The translations under genes and the position numbers were made by a program. Of a DNA stretch of 60,200 bases, positions 19,838 through 27,188 are shown in pieces; position 1 is the stretch's first letter, and each line of letters opens with the position of its first letter. Source of the DNA: an uncultured virus (IMG/VR IMGVR_UViG_3300027759_000054) (lineage: Duplodnaviria; Heunggongvirae; Uroviricota; Caudoviricetes); IMG/VR virus record IMGVR_UViG_3300027759_000054; one strand, given 5' to 3'. The notes beneath the pieces were generated by a model that saw only the letters and a list, made by a program, of their open reading frames with translations, was not told where the DNA came from and did no database searches.

Positions 19838-20715
19838 TTGTTGTTGATTTTAACCAGACTGCTATCAGCAGTATGATGGCAGAACTAGGTGGTCGTCGTG
19901 ATGTGGAGGTAAATCTTCCGCTGATTCGGCACATGATCATCAATTCCATTCGTTCATATAAGCGGAAGTTTGGTGCTGAGTTCGGCAGCATTGTGATTGC
20001 TTGTGACAATCGTCACTACTGGCGTCGTCAGTATTTTCCTAACTATAAGGCGAATCGTAAGAAAGCACGGCAGGAGTCTGGGTTTGATTGGTCTGCTATC
20101 TTTGAAGCACTACACCAAATTCGTAGCGAGTTACAGGAACACTTCCCGTATCCTGTAATCGACGTTGATGGTGCAGAGGCAGATGATGTTATCGCAGTGC
20201 TCGCCGAGTATAGTCAGACCATGAACACTGATGGTCTCATGCCTAGCGCCGAACCATTCCTTGTTTTGTCTGGTGACCATGACTTCCAGCAACTGCAGAA
20301 GTGGGACAATGTTAAACAGTATGCTCCTGTTCAAAAGAAGTTCTGTAAGTTGAAGGAATCTCCTCAAGCAGTTCTCATGGAACATATTATCATGGGCGAT
20401 AAGGGTGACGGTGTTCCCAATATCATGTCTGATGATGATACGTTTATCAATGGTCAACGTCAGCGTCCTATTCGCAAAGAAGCACTTGCATTGTGGAAGT
20501 ACCAGAAACCTGAAGACTTCATCACCAATGATGAAATGTGGCGCAATTTCCAGCGCAACCGCGAACTGGTTGACCTATCGCGCATTCCTGAGGACATCAA
20601 AGTAGCGATTATAGATAGTTATGAGAAACAACTTGGCGGAGATCGCTCGGGTCTGTTGAATTATTTTATTGCAAACCGTATGAAACAAATGATTGAGTTA
20701 GTTGATGAGTTCTGA
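19834..20715 (+). CDS. rnh: T4 RNase H (5'-3' flap exonuclease)
   Basis: VDFNQ, WRR..FP.YKANR, EADDVI, SGDHDF.QL, GDKGDGVPN. Confidence 0.95.
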   Translation: MIVVDFNQTAISSMMAELGGRRDVEVNLPLIRHMIINSIRSYKRKFGAEFGSIVIACDNRHYWRRQYFPNYKANRKKARQESGFDWSAIFEALHQIRSELQEHFPYPVIDVDGAEADDVIAVLAEYSQTMNTDGLMPSAEPFLVLSGDHDFQQLQKWDNVKQYAPVQKKFCKLKESPQAVLMEHIIMGDKGDGVPNIMSDDDTFINGQRQRPIRKEALALWKYQKPEDFITNDEMWRNFQRNRELVDLSRIPEDIKVAIIDSYEKQLGGDRSGLLNYFIANRMKQMIELVDEF

Positions 20716-21133
20716 TAGAGTTGGTATTACCGCTAGTTGTTTTGACCTGTTCCATGCAGGACATGTTCTCATGTTGCAAGAAGCAAGAGAACAGTGTGAC
20801 CGTCTGGTCGTAGCACTGCAAACTGATCCCACAATCGACCGACCAGAGAAGAACAAACCTGTTCAATCAGTGTTCGAGCGTTGGGTCCAACTGGAAGGTT
20901 GTAAGTATGTTGATACGATTATTCCATACACAACCGAAGAAGATCTTCTCAACATTCTAAAGTCATACGACTGGGATGTTCGCATCATCGGTAGCGAATA
21001 TTACGGCAAAGAATTTACGGGGCACGATCTCGATATTGAGATCTACTACAACTCTCGCCGACACGATTTTAGCACCACAAATCTACGAAAGAAAATTGAA
21101 AATGGCACAAAGACTACCACCAAAAAAGTTTAA
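20705..21133 (+). CDS. Cytidylyltransferase (TagD-like, HxGH)
   Basis: FDLFHAGH, KNKPVQ..ER, FSTT.LR. Confidence 0.88.
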   Translation: MSSDRVGITASCFDLFHAGHVLMLQEAREQCDRLVVALQTDPTIDRPEKNKPVQSVFERWVQLEGCKYVDTIIPYTTEEDLLNILKSYDWDVRIIGSEYYGKEFTGHDLDIEIYYNSRRHDFSTTNLRKKIENGTKTTTKKV

Positions 21134-21608
21134 GCAGATAGATGAGGCACTTGATTGGGCATGTGCGGCAGAAACAACGGACGAGTTGCGCGAACGTGTG
21201 AGAGCAATTTCTCTCGGCAATTCTATCCTCATGCGATTTGTTGCATGGGGTGTTGGATATGAGCAAGGTCCAATTAATCTTCCCGACGGTCCAACTCCAT
21301 ATAAGGATGAGGGACTACCTGCTAACATGGCAGATACAACCATCACCCAAGAGTTCCGTCGAATTTTGACTCTCTTACCAGAAGGCAGCGCCAGTAAAGT
21401 ACCGCAATTCCGTCGCGAGGAAATTTGGATGCAGACATGTCAGGGATTGCAAATTAAAGAAGCGAAATTGCTTGATCACATTAAGGATCAAACATTGCTA
21501 GAAGCATACCCTCGTCTTGCAGAAGTTCTTGAAAGTTTCCTGATAGGTTGGAAAGCACCAGAGGTTAAGAAGAAGAAATCGCCAAAAAAATCCTTGGCAA
21601 CCTTATAA
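21102..21608 (+). CDS. Conserved T4-like hypothetical protein
   Basis: LPDGPTPY and RREEIW...EAKLL..IKD motif. Confidence 0.6.
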   Translation: MAQRLPPKKFKQIDEALDWACAAETTDELRERVRAISLGNSILMRFVAWGVGYEQGPINLPDGPTPYKDEGLPANMADTTITQEFRRILTLLPEGSASKVPQFRREEIWMQTCQGLQIKEAKLLDHIKDQTLLEAYPRLAEVLESFLIGWKAPEVKKKKSPKKSLATL

Positions 21609-21642
21609 ATAAATTCTTTCCAGCAGAAGTCAAGGAACAGAA
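21604..21642 (+). promoter_or_regulatory. Late promoter with RBS-pairing hairpin
   Basis: TATAAATA 21604-21611; TTCTTTCC can pair with GGAACAGAA. Confidence 0.6.
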
Positions 21643-22053
21643 ATGGGGCAAATCCTAGAGCACAAGCATCTCATTGTGCGAGCAGAACTGAACAATCCGC
21701 CACAATGCGCAGAGGTAATCCAGGATTGGATGAAGACTCTGGTTGACAAAATTGGTATGAAGATACTAATGGGTCCATATGCTGTTTACAGTGACATGGT
21801 TGGTAATCGTGGATTGACCGCAGTTACCATTATCGAAACATCGCATATTGCTATGCATGTTTGGGATGAGGTTTCTCCTGCTCTCATGCAACTGGATGTG
21901 TATACCTGCAGCGCTCTTAATACTGCTGATGTTTTTGCTGCTCTGGAGGAATTTGATCCACGCCATGTTGAATTTACATATATTGATAGAGAGCATAATC
22001 TGACACTCTTGGATAAGGGAACGGTGAATGAGGTTCTTTCTATTTCAACATAA
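21643..22053 (+). CDS. speD: S-adenosylmethionine decarboxylase proenzyme
   Basis: ETSHIAMHVW self-cleavage region; LDVYTC. Confidence 0.88.
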   Translation: MGQILEHKHLIVRAELNNPPQCAEVIQDWMKTLVDKIGMKILMGPYAVYSDMVGNRGLTAVTIIETSHIAMHVWDEVSPALMQLDVYTCSALNTADVFAALEEFDPRHVEFTYIDREHNLTLLDKGTVNEVLSIST

Positions 22054-22531
22054 GAAAGAACTGTGGATTGTCAACGATCCAAACAAGGTTCCGAAACCAA
22101 GAGAACTCTTGCTACAAAACAGTAAGATAGAAATCCTCCGAGATAAAGCAGAAGTTCTCGGAAAGGGGTTGACGCTTGTCGATAAAGTTACCAGGAAGAA
22201 CTCTGCAGGTCATACTCCTGAGACTCGTAAAAAAATTTCAGAAGCATTAACTGGTGAAAAGAATCCAAACTGGGGCGGACTATCACCAGAGCATAAAGCA
22301 TCGATAAGTCGAACCATGCGTGGAACTAGGCGAAGGGATGGCAATCCGATGTATGCTAGAAGACATACTTGGGAAACTCGCCGACTCATGGCAATCAAGG
22401 CAAGTATGAGACGTCGCAAGTGGTGTGTCGAACCGAATGGTAAATGTCACCTTGTTGACCCTCTGACTTTCATATTACCAGGAGGTTGGTTGTGGGGTAT
22501 GAAATATGACCCATATCGTCCGCGAGATTAA
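22028..22531 (+). CDS. NUMOD3-repeat protein without a recognisable nuclease domain
   Basis: HTPETRKKISEA..GEKNP, NPMYARRHT.ET, PGGW.WG. Confidence 0.65.
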   Translation: MRFFLFQHKKELWIVNDPNKVPKPRELLLQNSKIEILRDKAEVLGKGLTLVDKVTRKNSAGHTPETRKKISEALTGEKNPNWGGLSPEHKASISRTMRGTRRRDGNPMYARRHTWETRRLMAIKASMRRRKWCVEPNGKCHLVDPLTFILPGGWLWGMKYDPYRPRD

Positions 22532-22556
22532 TTTAAAAAAAAAATAATTTAGGGGC

Positions 22557-22604
22557 TTGACATTTTCGCATTTTCGAGGTATAGTGGTATTATAGTTTGA
22601 AAGG
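22557..22604 (+). promoter_or_regulatory. Early promoter cassette with conserved leader
   Basis: TTTAGGGGC-TTGACA-17-TATAGT, then TATAGTTTGAAAGG. Confidence 0.85.
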
Positions 22605-22613
22605 AAATTGATT

Positions 22614-23009
22614 ATGTTGACTCTTCGCGATATTAATACCGCTACCAACTCTAAGGATGGTAACATCTTTTCAGACCTACACAAAGATGTGTATGGTTTC
22701 CGCCCTCGTGATGTTACCTTCTCTTCAATTGAAGAGTTTGATGCTGAATACGAGCGTCTCGTCGGAAAACTATCTGTGCAGATCGACGAAGAAAAGATTC
22801 GTCAGGATCGTAACTTCGCTGAGTTCGTTTGTCGTGTAGACGGCATCATGGGTTTGGTAAAGAACTGCTTTGATAATGCGGCAGCAGTCGCTATTATCTG
22901 TGAAGCAGAAGGCATTGATGATGAAGAAATGCGCTTCTATGGTTGGGAATCTCTTGAGTATCGTCTCGATCTCAAGTTTGGTTCAATCAAAAAGTGGTTA
23001 GAAAAATAA
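22614..23009 (+). CDS. Hypothetical early protein
   Basis: SD AAGGA; FSDLHKDVYGFRPR motif. Confidence 0.7.
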   Translation: MLTLRDINTATNSKDGNIFSDLHKDVYGFRPRDVTFSSIEEFDAEYERLVGKLSVQIDEEKIRQDRNFAEFVCRVDGIMGLVKNCFDNAAAVAIICEAEGIDDEEMRFYGWESLEYRLDLKFGSIKKWLEK

Positions 23010-23022
23010 TTTAAAAAAACAC

Positions 23023-23060
23023 TTGACTTTCTCTAAGAAGTATAGTATATTGTATAAATA
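23023..23060 (+). promoter_or_regulatory. Tandem early and late promoters of the tRNA operon
   Basis: TTGACT-17-TATATT followed by TATAAATA at 23053-23060. Confidence 0.75.
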
Positions 23061-23068
23061 AAGTTTCG

Positions 23069-23080
23069 GTTCTTTGACAT
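23069..23080 (+). promoter_or_regulatory. rrn-type boxA antitermination element
   Basis: GTTCTTTGACAT right after the promoters; matches boxA consensus GYTCTTTRANA. Confidence 0.65.
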
Positions 23081-23105
23081 TGTTAGAATAAAATAAGTCT
23101 TTCGA

Positions 23106-23196
23106 GACTTATTTGATGAGCGCATCAAACCCACTGGGTGGCAGGTCGACTTAATGCTGCGATAGCGGTCACTGGTGTGTTCTTCAAATAAGTTTT
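23106..23196 (+). ncRNA. Long-stem hairpin element A upstream of tRNA-Thr
   Basis: ACTTATTTGA..GCGCATCA pairs with TGGTGTGT..TCAAATAAGT. Confidence 0.55.
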
Positions 23197-23272
<76 letters not shown>

Positions 23273-23280
23273 GTTTTTAT

Positions 23281-23355
23281 TCCCTAATGGCGCAGCGGTA
23301 GCGCAGTTGACTGTTAATCAATTGGTCGGTGGTTCGAATCCATCTTAGGGAGCCA
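23281..23355 (+). tRNA. tRNA-Asn(GTT)
   Basis: Cloverleaf, loop CTGTTAA, CCA. Confidence 0.95.
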
Positions 23356-23361
23356 GTTTAT

Positions 23362-23440
23362 CGCGGAGTAGAGGAGTCTGGTCGTCCTCGCTGGTCTCAT
23401 AAGCCGGAAATCGTTGGTTCAAATCCAACCTCTGCAACCA
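23362..23440 (+). tRNA. tRNA-fMet(CAT), initiator type
   Basis: C1xA72 mismatch, A11-U24, loop CTCATAA. Confidence 0.85.
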
Positions 23441-23444
23441 AATA

Positions 23445-23615
23445 TCGCTGGCGACGGTCGGCGTAAGAAGTGTGACTGAATAATCCCCTCGTCAGTGGGG
23501 ATAATGTAGACTCGGGGAGTGGTACTCCTCTTAACCAGTAACGAGTCGTTGACCGAGATTACAGATAGTAATTGACTGGGTCATGGAGGTACAACTGAAT
23601 CCTCCCACTTCGCTT
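23445..23615 (+). ncRNA. Unassigned multi-stem RNA with a tRNA-like closing domain
   Basis: GAAGTG/CACTTC closing stem, GGAGG/CCTCC arm, internal stems ATCCCC/GGGGAT, GACTCG/CGAGTC, TGACC/GGTCA. Confidence 0.6.
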
Positions 23616-23620
23616 TTATT

Positions 23621-23711
23621 AAAACTTATTAGATGAGTGTCGAACACCGAGACTGTGAGTCGTCAACCACGAAGGCATTAATGCTGGTTCGACACTCATC
23701 TAATAAGTTTT
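23621..23711 (+). ncRNA. Long-stem hairpin element B upstream of tRNA-Ala
   Basis: Perfect 25-bp inverted repeat 23621-23645 / 23687-23711. Confidence 0.65.
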
Positions 23712-23712
23712 C

Positions 23713-23788
23713 GGGGAATTAGCTCATTCGGTAGAGCGTCTGCCTTGCACGCAGAAGGTGAACGGTTCGATCCCGTTATTCTCCACCA
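23713..23788 (+). tRNA. tRNA-Ala(TGC)
   Basis: G3.U70, loop CTTGCAC, CCA. Confidence 0.95.
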
Positions 23789-23793
23789 AGTTA

Positions 23794-23921
23794 GACCACC
23801 TCTGCTGAACCCCACCGAAAGGTAAGAGAAAAGGGTAGCACTTGCTGTTGCAACAGTAAAGACTATCTGGGAAGATCGAAGCGTCCGGACGTAATTCGAT
23901 CAAGGCACACTGCAGGTGGTC
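23794..23921 (+). ncRNA. Unassigned multibranched RNA
   Basis: GACCACCT/AGGTGGTC closing stem; ACC-GAAA-GGT; TTGCTGTT/AACAGTAA; GATCGAA/TTCGATC; followed by a T run. Confidence 0.55.
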
Positions 23922-23934
23922 GCTCTTTTTTTAT

Positions 23935-24011
23935 GCCCGTGTAGTCCAATTGGCAGAGGCGTCTGGTTTAGGTCCAGAATGTTGGGAGTTCGAGTCTCTC
24001 CACGGGTACCA
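23935..24011 (+). tRNA. tRNA-Leu(TAG), short variable loop
   Basis: Loop TTTAGGT, A73, CCA. Confidence 0.88.
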
Positions 24012-24018
24012 TTATATT

Positions 24019-24094
24019 GCTCCTGTAGCTCAGTTGGTAGAGCAGTGGTTTGAAGAACCACGTGTCAGCGGTTCGAATCCGTTCGGGAGCACCA
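24019..24094 (+). tRNA. tRNA-Phe(GAA)
   Basis: Loop TTGAAGA, CCA. Confidence 0.93.
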
Positions 24095-24139
24095 ACTAAT
24101 TCCCAATACTTTTACTTTTCAGAAGTAACGGGAATTTTC

Positions 24140-24224
24140 GGGAAGGTAAAGTCAGTGGCTCTGGCAGTGAGACTGTAAATCTCATCCGTTTTCGGGGGAG
24201 GATCGATACCTCACCTTCCCACCA
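24140..24224 (+). tRNA. tRNA-Tyr(GTA), atypical D and T arms
   Basis: Loop CTGTAAA, long variable arm, T-loop ATCGATA, CCA. Confidence 0.8.
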
Positions 24225-24230
24225 GTTTAA

Positions 24231-24305
24231 GGCCTTGTAGCTCAGAGGAAGAGCGTCGCACTGTCACTGCGAAGGTCGGGGTATCATAATCCCTCAAGGT
24301 CGCCA
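24231..24305 (+). tRNA. tRNA-Asp(GTC)
   Basis: Loop CTGTCAC, G73, atypical T-loop, CCA. Confidence 0.88.
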
Positions 24306-24309
24306 ATAT

Positions 24310-24420
24310 ACTGCGGTTTGTTTGCATAGAATAGAGGCAGGGTCGACCCTGTGAAACCCCATTGAGCAAACAGTAATACAGAGCAGCGGGGACTGTTCCG
24401 TCAACAGATAAATAAGTTTA
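24310..24420 (+). ncRNA. Possible structured RNA between tRNA-Asp and tRNA-Gly
   Basis: CAGGG/CCCTG, TGTTTGC/GCAAACA, AACAGT/ACTGTT and CCCC/GGGG pairings. Confidence 0.4.
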
Positions 24421-24422
24421 AT

Positions 24423-24496
24423 GCGGGTATGGTATAGAGATTGTGCCTTAGCCTTCCAAGCTAAAGAGGTGAGTTTGAGTCTCACTATCCGCTCCA
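24423..24496 (+). tRNA. tRNA-Gly(TCC)
   Basis: Loop CTTCCAA, U73, CCA. Confidence 0.88.
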
Positions 24497-24498
24497 AT

Positions 24499-24580
24499 GC
24501 CTCAGTATCCCCCTTCGCTACGAACGAAGATAAAGGTAACTGGAAAGAAAATACAGGTTCGAATCCTGTCTGGGGCTCCA
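24499..24580 (+). tRNA. D-armless tRNA-like RNA with Arg(ACG) anticodon arm
   Basis: Acceptor GCCTCAG/CTGGGGC + TCCA; CTTCG-CTACGAA-CGAAG; T-arm ACAGG-TTCGAAT-CCTGT. Confidence 0.65.
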
Positions 24581-24603
24581 TTTTAACAACCAAGGAATTA
24601 ATT

Positions 24604-24783
24604 ATGAATATCAAGACTTTTATGGCAGCAGCAGTTATTGCACTTACAGCAGCATGTACTCCTAGCGAGGAAGCACCATCTGTATCAGAAGCCGCTGGTC
24701 CAGCAGCAGATGAAGCACTTGCTGCCGCGAATGCAACAGAAACTGTAGAAGTCGAAGCGACTCCTGGAGTAGATTCGAAGTAA
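24604..24783 (+). CDS. Small acidic lipoprotein
   Basis: SD AAGGA; lipobox LTAA-C; Ala/Glu-rich tail. Confidence 0.75.
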   Translation: MNIKTFMAAAVIALTAACTPSEEAPSVSEAAGPAADEALAAANATETVEVEATPGVDSK

Positions 24784-24792
24784 TTAAATAGT

Positions 24793-24869
<77 letters not shown>

Positions 24870-24876
24870 GTTTTTT

Positions 24877-24951
24877 GTCGGCGAGGGAAAACGGTAATCC
24901 GCAGGTCTCCAAAACCTTGAGAAGTAGGTTCAATTCCTACCGCCTTCGCCA
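24877..24951 (+). tRNA. tRNA-Trp(CCA), two acceptor-stem mismatches
   Basis: Loop CTCCAAA, G73, CCA. Confidence 0.78.
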
Positions 24952-24969
24952 TTTATAAGCAGGTGACGC

Positions 24970-25410
24970 ATGTATGATGAAGCACGAGAAGCAATTTTAA
25001 ATTCAAGTGAAACGTCATCTGTTTATATCGGTGCCGATTCAATAAGATTCAAGAAGCGTAGTGGTGAGTGGTATGCTAAGTATTCCACTGTTATTATTCT
25101 TCACAGGGATTCTAAGCATGGTGGTCAATTATTCTCTAGGAACGTAGAGATGCGTGACTTCGGTAACTTACGGCAACGTCTGATCACCGAAGCAGGATTT
25201 GCCATCGAAGCAGCAACTGCAATTGTTGATGTAATTGGTGATCGACATCTAGAAATCCACCTTGATATCAATCCAGACCCTAAGCATAAATCTAACATTG
25301 CTGTTAAAGAAGCATTGGGGTACGTGAAGGGAACTACTGGTCTTGATGCGGTAATCAAACCGAACTCGTTTGCAGCAACACATGCTGCTGATCACGTGGT
25401 AAGACATTAA
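24970..25410 (+). CDS. RNase H-like YkuK/DUF458 protein
   Basis: VYIGADS, RLITEA, EIHLDINP.P.HKSN, KPNSFAATHAAD. Confidence 0.85.
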   Translation: MYDEAREAILNSSETSSVYIGADSIRFKKRSGEWYAKYSTVIILHRDSKHGGQLFSRNVEMRDFGNLRQRLITEAGFAIEAATAIVDVIGDRHLEIHLDINPDPKHKSNIAVKEALGYVKGTTGLDAVIKPNSFAATHAADHVVRH

Positions 25411-25413
25411 TTT

Positions 25414-25488
25414 GCAGGATTAGCTCAGCGGTAGAGCATCTCGTTTACACCGAGGCGGTCGGCGGTTCAATCCCGTCATCCTGTACCA
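25414..25488 (+). tRNA. tRNA-Val(TAC)
   Basis: Loop TTTACAC, CCA. Confidence 0.95.
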
Positions 25489-25489
25489 G

Positions 25490-25564
25490 TGCCCTATGGT
25501 GCAATTGGCAGCACGTCTGATTTTGATTCAGAAGGTTCCACGTTCGAGTCGTGGTAGGGCATCA
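25490..25564 (+). tRNA. tRNA-Gln(TTG), CCA not fully encoded
   Basis: U1-A72, loop TTTTGAT; ends TCAT. Confidence 0.85.
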
Positions 25565-25569
25565 TAGAA

Positions 25570-25620
25570 CCCAGAAATTATAAATAGAGCATAAAGTAAG
25601 ACTCTTTTATAATTTCTGGG
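25570..25620 (+). promoter_or_regulatory. Late promoter inside a 15-bp hairpin occluding the endonuclease RBS region
   Basis: CCCAGAAATTATAAA/TTTATAATTTCTGGG; TATAAATA at 25579-25586. Confidence 0.75.
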
Positions 25621-25628
25621 ATTAATGT

Positions 25629-26345
25629 ATGTTTTATACTGTCTATCAAGTAGTTAACAAAATAAATGGAAAGATCTATATTGGAAAACACCAAACAAAA
25701 GATCTTGAAGATGGTTACATGGGTTCTGGTAAAATTTTGCGCAGAGCACAAGAAAAGTATGGCGTAAAAAATTTTGAAAAGCAAATTCTTCATGTGTTTG
25801 AAACTGAAGAAGAAATGAATCTTAAAGAAAAAGAACTTGTTACTGAAGAATTCTGTTTATTGGAATCTACATATAATTTGTGCGAAGGCGGTAAAGGCGG
25901 ATTTGGTTATATAAACTCTTCTGGAATTCGTAATGGTTTCGAGTCAAGGACAGATGATTCTAAAACTAGAACTGCGATACTAGAATCTTCTGTGCGAGGT
26001 AGGCAAACGCAAAAAAAACTTTGGTTAGAACGTGGTGAATGGTATGATAAAAATGCCAAGATGCGGTCTGACAGTGTTAGAAAATTTATTGAAGAAAATG
26101 GTCATTGGTGGGCGGGTAAAACTCATACTAAAGAATCTAAACAAAAAATTGGTCTAACAAATTCTATATTGCAATCTGGTTCTCGTAATTCTCAGTTTGG
26201 TTCTATGTGGATAACTAATGGAACTGAAAATAAAAAGATAAAATCTATTGACATTATACCTGATGGATGGTATAAAGGTAGAGTAGTGATTAGGAAGGTC
26301 AAGCAGATTGGTGACTGCAGCGGTCTTGAAAACCGTCGAGCGTGA
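25629..26345 (+). mobile_element. Free-standing GIY-YIG homing endonuclease (SegB-like) in the tRNA cluster
   Basis: VY..VNKINGKIYIG.H...YMGSG..E..YN...GG; NUMOD3 GKTHTKESKQKI; WITNG..PDGWYKGR. Confidence 0.9.
26248..26276 (+). promoter_or_regulatory. Sigma70 promoter inside the endonuclease 3' end
   Basis: TTGACA-17-TATAAA, 16 nt upstream of tRNA-Ser. Confidence 0.6.
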
Positions 26346-26383
26346 TGAGCGCCTTTAGGGTTCGACTCCCTAACCTTCCGCCA
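26293..26383 (+). tRNA. tRNA-Ser(TGA)
   Basis: Loop CTTGAAA, long variable arm, G73, CCA. Confidence 0.9.
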
Positions 26384-26388
26384 TAATA

Positions 26389-26424
26389 AAAAGTGCCAAG
26401 GAAAAAAAACTTGGCACTTTTTTT
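26389..26424 (+). terminator. Rho-independent terminator
   Basis: AAAAGTGCCAAG/CTTGGCACTTTT plus T run. Confidence 0.8.
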
Positions 26425-26434
26425 ATTTTAGGGC

Positions 26435-26463
26435 TTGACAATTTCTTCGTTTCGCGGTATAGT
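26435..26463 (+). promoter_or_regulatory. Early promoter cassette
   Basis: TTTAGGGC-TTGACA-17-TATAGT. Confidence 0.85.
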
Positions 26464-26490
26464 GAGAATATTGATTGAAAGGAAATCGTT

Positions 26491-26691
26491 ATGGAAGTTT
26501 TTGCTTTGATGGGTGAATGGGATTGTGAAGGTTCTGCGATCTTGGGTGTGTACGCTTCTGAAGAAGAAGCACGGAACGCCCATGGTGTATATACTCGCGA
26601 CCGTCATCGGTTCATTGATCGTTACTATATTGTTCGTCAAGTGCTAGGTGCACATGTGGATGATATCGATTACGAACGGATGTATTGTTAA
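26491..26691 (+). CDS. Hypothetical protein
   Basis: SD AAGGA; ILGVYASEEEA motif. Confidence 0.65.
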   Translation: MEVFALMGEWDCEGSAILGVYASEEEARNAHGVYTRDRHRFIDRYYIVRQVLGAHVDDIDYERMYC

Positions 26692-26696
26692 AGTTT

Positions 26697-26772
26697 AGAC
26701 GAGTAGCTCAATGGTTAGAGCCGACCGCTCATAACGGTTTGGTTGGGGGTTCAAGTCCCTCCTCGTCTACCA
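26697..26772 (+). tRNA. tRNA-Ile2(CAT), lysidine type (elongator Met not excluded)
   Basis: GCCGACCG-CTCATAA-CGGTTTGG resembles alphaproteobacterial Ile2. Confidence 0.75.
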
Positions 26773-26844
26773 GTTTTTTTGTTTTGGAGAATATATTATG
26801 TTTGAGAAAGTTCCTTACGGTGTAAACAATACTGGAGGTGATGA

Positions 26845-27009
26845 ATGGGTGATGATTATCGTAATGCACTGATAGAGAAAATCCATACATGGACGTATGA
26901 TGTACTAAATGACGATGCTAAACTTGCTGCGTGGAAAGCATATGGAACTATACGCCATCTAGATGAGAAAGAAATCGCACTGGATGAACTGTTCGGTGGA
27001 ACCAAGTGA
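26845..27009 (+). CDS. Small hypothetical protein (54 aa)
   Basis: SD GGAGGT; MGDDYRNALIEK... Confidence 0.5.
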   Translation: MGDDYRNALIEKIHTWTYDVLNDDAKLAAWKAYGTIRHLDEKEIALDELFGGTK

Positions 27010-27107
27010 ATGATAATGAATGGATTGAGCATTTTAAACGCGAAAAAGAAGAAAAGAAGGTTGCAAAAGCACAACGCAAGGTTGTTTGGAAGCATCCATA
27101 ATTTTAT

Positions 27108-27183
27108 GGACCCTTAGTTCAGTCGGTAGAGCATCGGACTCTTAATCCGCAGGTCGTTGGTTCGAATCCAACAGGGTCTACCA
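27108..27183 (+). tRNA. tRNA-Lys(CTT)
   Basis: Loop CTCTTAA, CCA. Confidence 0.93.
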
Positions 27184-27188
27184 GTTTC

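Noticed and set aside
23794..23921. RNase P RNA or tRNA-linked HDV-like (theta) ribozyme
   Set aside because: No GAGGAAAGUCC P4 signature; it does not start at the tRNA 3' end and I could not build the nested double pseudoknot
24310..24420. SAM-I riboswitch resemblance (GAGG.AGGG..GACCCTGTGAAACC)
   Set aside because: Lacks the AUC of P1 and the GCAACC/GGUGC P3 core, and no gene is positioned to be regulated
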